A stretch of 64,000 nt of DNA from Candidatus Zhuqueibacterota bacterium (GTDB lineage Bacteria; Zhuqueibacterota; Zhuqueibacteria; Oceanimicrobiales; Oceanimicrobiaceae): NCBI GenBank assembly GCA_029262055.1, contig JAJDAD010000036.1, forward strand, positions 26,772 to 90,771, read 5' to 3'. Position 1 is the stretch's first letter. The number at the start of each line of letters is the position of its first letter. The notes beneath the pieces were generated by a model. The model was not told where the DNA came from. It did no database searches and was given only the letters and a program-made list of their open reading frames with translations. Both the position numbers and the translations under genes were made by a program. Positions 62,065-64,000 of this stretch are shown here, one piece after another.

Positions 62065-62808
62065 CTAGTGCTCTCTGATTTGGCGGGCGGCTTCTTTGTA
62101 CTTTTCTGCCAAGTCGGTTTTGCCGGCACGTTTGTAGAGGGTGCCGAGGTTTCGCAGAACAACAGCTACTTGTGGGTGATGATGCCCGTAGTGCGTCTGC
62201 CGGATGGCGAGGGCGCGTTGATACAATGGTTCTGCCTGCTCGAAGAGTTTCCGCGTCTTAAAAATGCCGGCCAGGTTGTTGAGCGATGTTGCGAGATTGG
62301 GGTGGTCCGGGCCGAGCTGTTTCTCTATAATATCTATGGCGCGACGGTATAGCGCCTCAGCCTCAGGCAATTTCCGCCAGGAATCATAGAGCACGGCCAG
62401 ATTGTTGAGGGAGACCGCCACATCGAGATGATCGTTGCCAAGAGCTTTTTCCCGAATCGCCAGGGCTTCTTTGTGCAAAGCCTCCGCCTCGAAGAATTCA
62501 CCTTGCTGCTTGTACAGGACGGCGAGATTGTTGAGGGATGTGGCGACCTCCGGGTGGTCCTCTCCCAAAGTTCGCTTACGGATGGCCCAGGCCTCTTCGT
62601 AGAGTTTTTCAGCTTGTGCCAGCTCACCCAGCGATTTGTAGATTCCTGCCAGATTATTCACCGATGTCGCAACACTGGGATGCACCGAGCCGTTGGCGTC
62701 GCGCGCTATTTTCAGCGCTTGTTCGGCGAGTTGTAAAGCTTCATCCATGGCGCCGCGACCGTAGGCGAGGGCCACCTTGCGGTTCATTTCATCCCAGACC
62801 GAATTCAT
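62065..62808 (-). CDS. tetratricopeptide repeat protein (TPR_10/TPR_12, kinesin-light-chain-like)
   Basis: Five or six tandem 42 aa TPR units (e.g. ATSLNNLAVLYKQQGEFFEAEALHKEALAIREKALGNDHLDVA). Confidence 0.8.
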   Translation of the reverse strand: MNSVWDEMNRKVALAYGRGAMDEALQLAEQALKIARDANGSVHPSVATSVNNLAGIYKSLGELAQAEKLYEEAWAIRKRTLGEDHPEVATSLNNLAVLYKQQGEFFEAEALHKEALAIREKALGNDHLDVAVSLNNLAVLYDSWRKLPEAEALYRRAIDIIEKQLGPDHPNLATSLNNLAGIFKTRKLFEQAEPLYQRALAIRQTHYGHHHPQVAVVLRNLGTLYKRAGKTDLAEKYKEAARQIREH

Positions 62809-63245
62809 TGAACACTCCTGGCAAGTCCTTTGCGCTTACTACGAGGTTTCCGGGAAGTGACCCGACCACCGAATCGACAGCCTTCAGTTCCGGTGCGCGC
62901 ATACGAGGCGCGAGCAGGTTTTGGCTGGCATGCAGATCGGATTCAGCAACCCGATAGAAAAATGTACGTGCGGACTGTACACTTTGCATAACTCTCCGTT
63001 CCGGCGCCCGGGTTTGCGTTTCCGGCGGAATACCCCTACTTTCCGCCAGACTAATCCCCGGGATGCTCCATGAAACAGCGCATTGCGCAAAAATCTATCG
63101 CTGCCTGCCATGCAGGAGGGATTTTTGCAGAACAGGGGCGGCAACATTTGACAGACACGGATTTAACCCGAAAAGACCTTCCGGGATGACGGGAAGCAAA
63201 TTCATGAATGGCGCAGGATAATCACGAAGAGAGGAAAGTTCTCAG

Positions 63246-64000
63246 TGGCGCATATCATTTACTACATTAGTGGCCATGGTTATGGTCATGCCACCCGATC
63301 GTTGGAAGTTATTAGAACCGTGCTGCGCGACCGGTCTGATTTCTTTTTTCATGTTAGAACCAATGCACCCTCCTGGATAGTAGAGCTCAACCTGGCTTCC
63401 AATTTCGATCTACACAACTGCTCCCTAGACGTTGGGGCTGTGCAGCAAACCAGTTTTAAGGTCGACAAGCCCGCCACCCTGCAGGCTGTGCGGAGGCTGC
63501 TGAGCATGCGCGCTGAGATAATCGATCGCGAGAGAAAGTTTGCACAAGGGGTCGGGGCAAAGCTGATTGTCTCGGACATCCCGTTCATTGCCTTTGACAT
63601 TGCAGCGGGAATGAGCATCCCGGGCATCGGTGTAGCCAACTTTTCCTGGGATTGGATTTACGGAGACTTTGCGGTTGAACTGCCGGAGTTTACGGATGCG
63701 ATTGATGAGATCAGGGAATCATACGCAAAGACAACCCGACTTTTACGGTTGCCGTTACACGGAGACTTTTCTGCGTTTCCGGCCATCCGCGACATTCCCT
63801 TCATAGCGCGCCGGGCGGAGAGAAGTGCCGCCGAAACCCGGGAGCTGCTTGGACTCGAACAAAGAAGCGGGAAGAAAGCTGTTTTGATCGCCCTGCGTCC
63901 GTCTGACTTGGCCGGTGTGAATCTGCAGGCTTTGAGTGCGGTGCCGAATGTCGTGTTTGTCACCCTGGGGTTGCAGCGCGCACTTCCCAACGGCATAAAC
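63246..64000 (+). CDS. glycosyltransferase (GT-B fold, MGT/MurG-like), partial and truncated by the window end
   Basis: Not in the supplied ORF track. Manual translation of an open frame from GTG 63246 to the window end gives VAHIIYYISGHGYGHATRSLEVIRTVL..., a typical GT-B N-terminal Gly-rich loop (SGHGYGH). No stop codon within 251 codons. Confidence 0.45.

Noticed and set aside
63349-63996. Two minus-strand ORFs (96 and 112 aa)
   Set aside because: The + strand carries a longer open frame with a glycosyltransferase-like N-terminus (SGHGYGH) running off the window end. The minus ORFs are Ser/Ala/Arg-rich antisense artefacts.
1-64000. Mobile elements, prophage, rRNA or tRNA
   Set aside because: No integrase, transposase, phage structural or terminase signatures were found. 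No long conserved rRNA-like stretches or tRNA cloverleaf candidates were recognised. The window reads as chromosomal backbone plus accessory islands.

Overview
This 64 kb window is a densely coding, fairly GC-rich chromosomal segment with about 50 genes. It comes from a bacterium that uses the type IX secretion system (T9SS). Four very large secreted proteins end in the typical T9SS C-terminal sorting domain (NYPNPFN...tail). A TlpA/DUF4266/DUF3570 operon and a TTG-N19-TAnnTTTG promoter point to the FCB group (Bacteroidota-like or a candidate phylum, probably a MAG). I recognised no rRNA or tRNA genes, CRISPR array, integrase or transposase.

Recognisable housekeeping genes are ferritin (ftnA), phosphoglycerate mutase (gpmA), fused aspartokinase/homoserine dehydrogenase (thrA), aspartate-semialdehyde dehydrogenase (asd), a class V aminotransferase, the YhhQ queuosine-precursor transporter, RNase R, Era GTPase, an alanine/glycine:cation symporter, TonB and a SpoIID/LytB-SPOR protein.

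Accessory or unusual content:
- A three-gene module, GxxExxY nuclease-like / M14 peptidase-like / membrane-anchored MutS-paralog ATPase, sits next to a truncated Rieske-oxygenase remnant. This is a candidate undescribed system, possibly defence.
- A 1 kb non-coding stretch holds three tandem ~190 bp structured repeats upstream of ferritin, which are candidate tandem sRNAs.
- A self-contained type-II FAS-like lipid cluster has its own ACP (non-canonical NSA serine motif) and PPTase.
- A five-gene minus-strand operon encodes a TolB-like propeller fused to a dihaem cytochrome c, TlpA, DUF4266, DUF3570 and an NHL-repeat T9SS cargo protein.
- Also present are an extended ECF-like sigma factor with a ZAS anti-sigma factor, a NarL-type two-component system, three tandem outer-membrane beta-barrel paralogs, and a pseudo-protease.

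Gene starts are approximate where noted, because several maximal ORFs begin at TTG or GTG.
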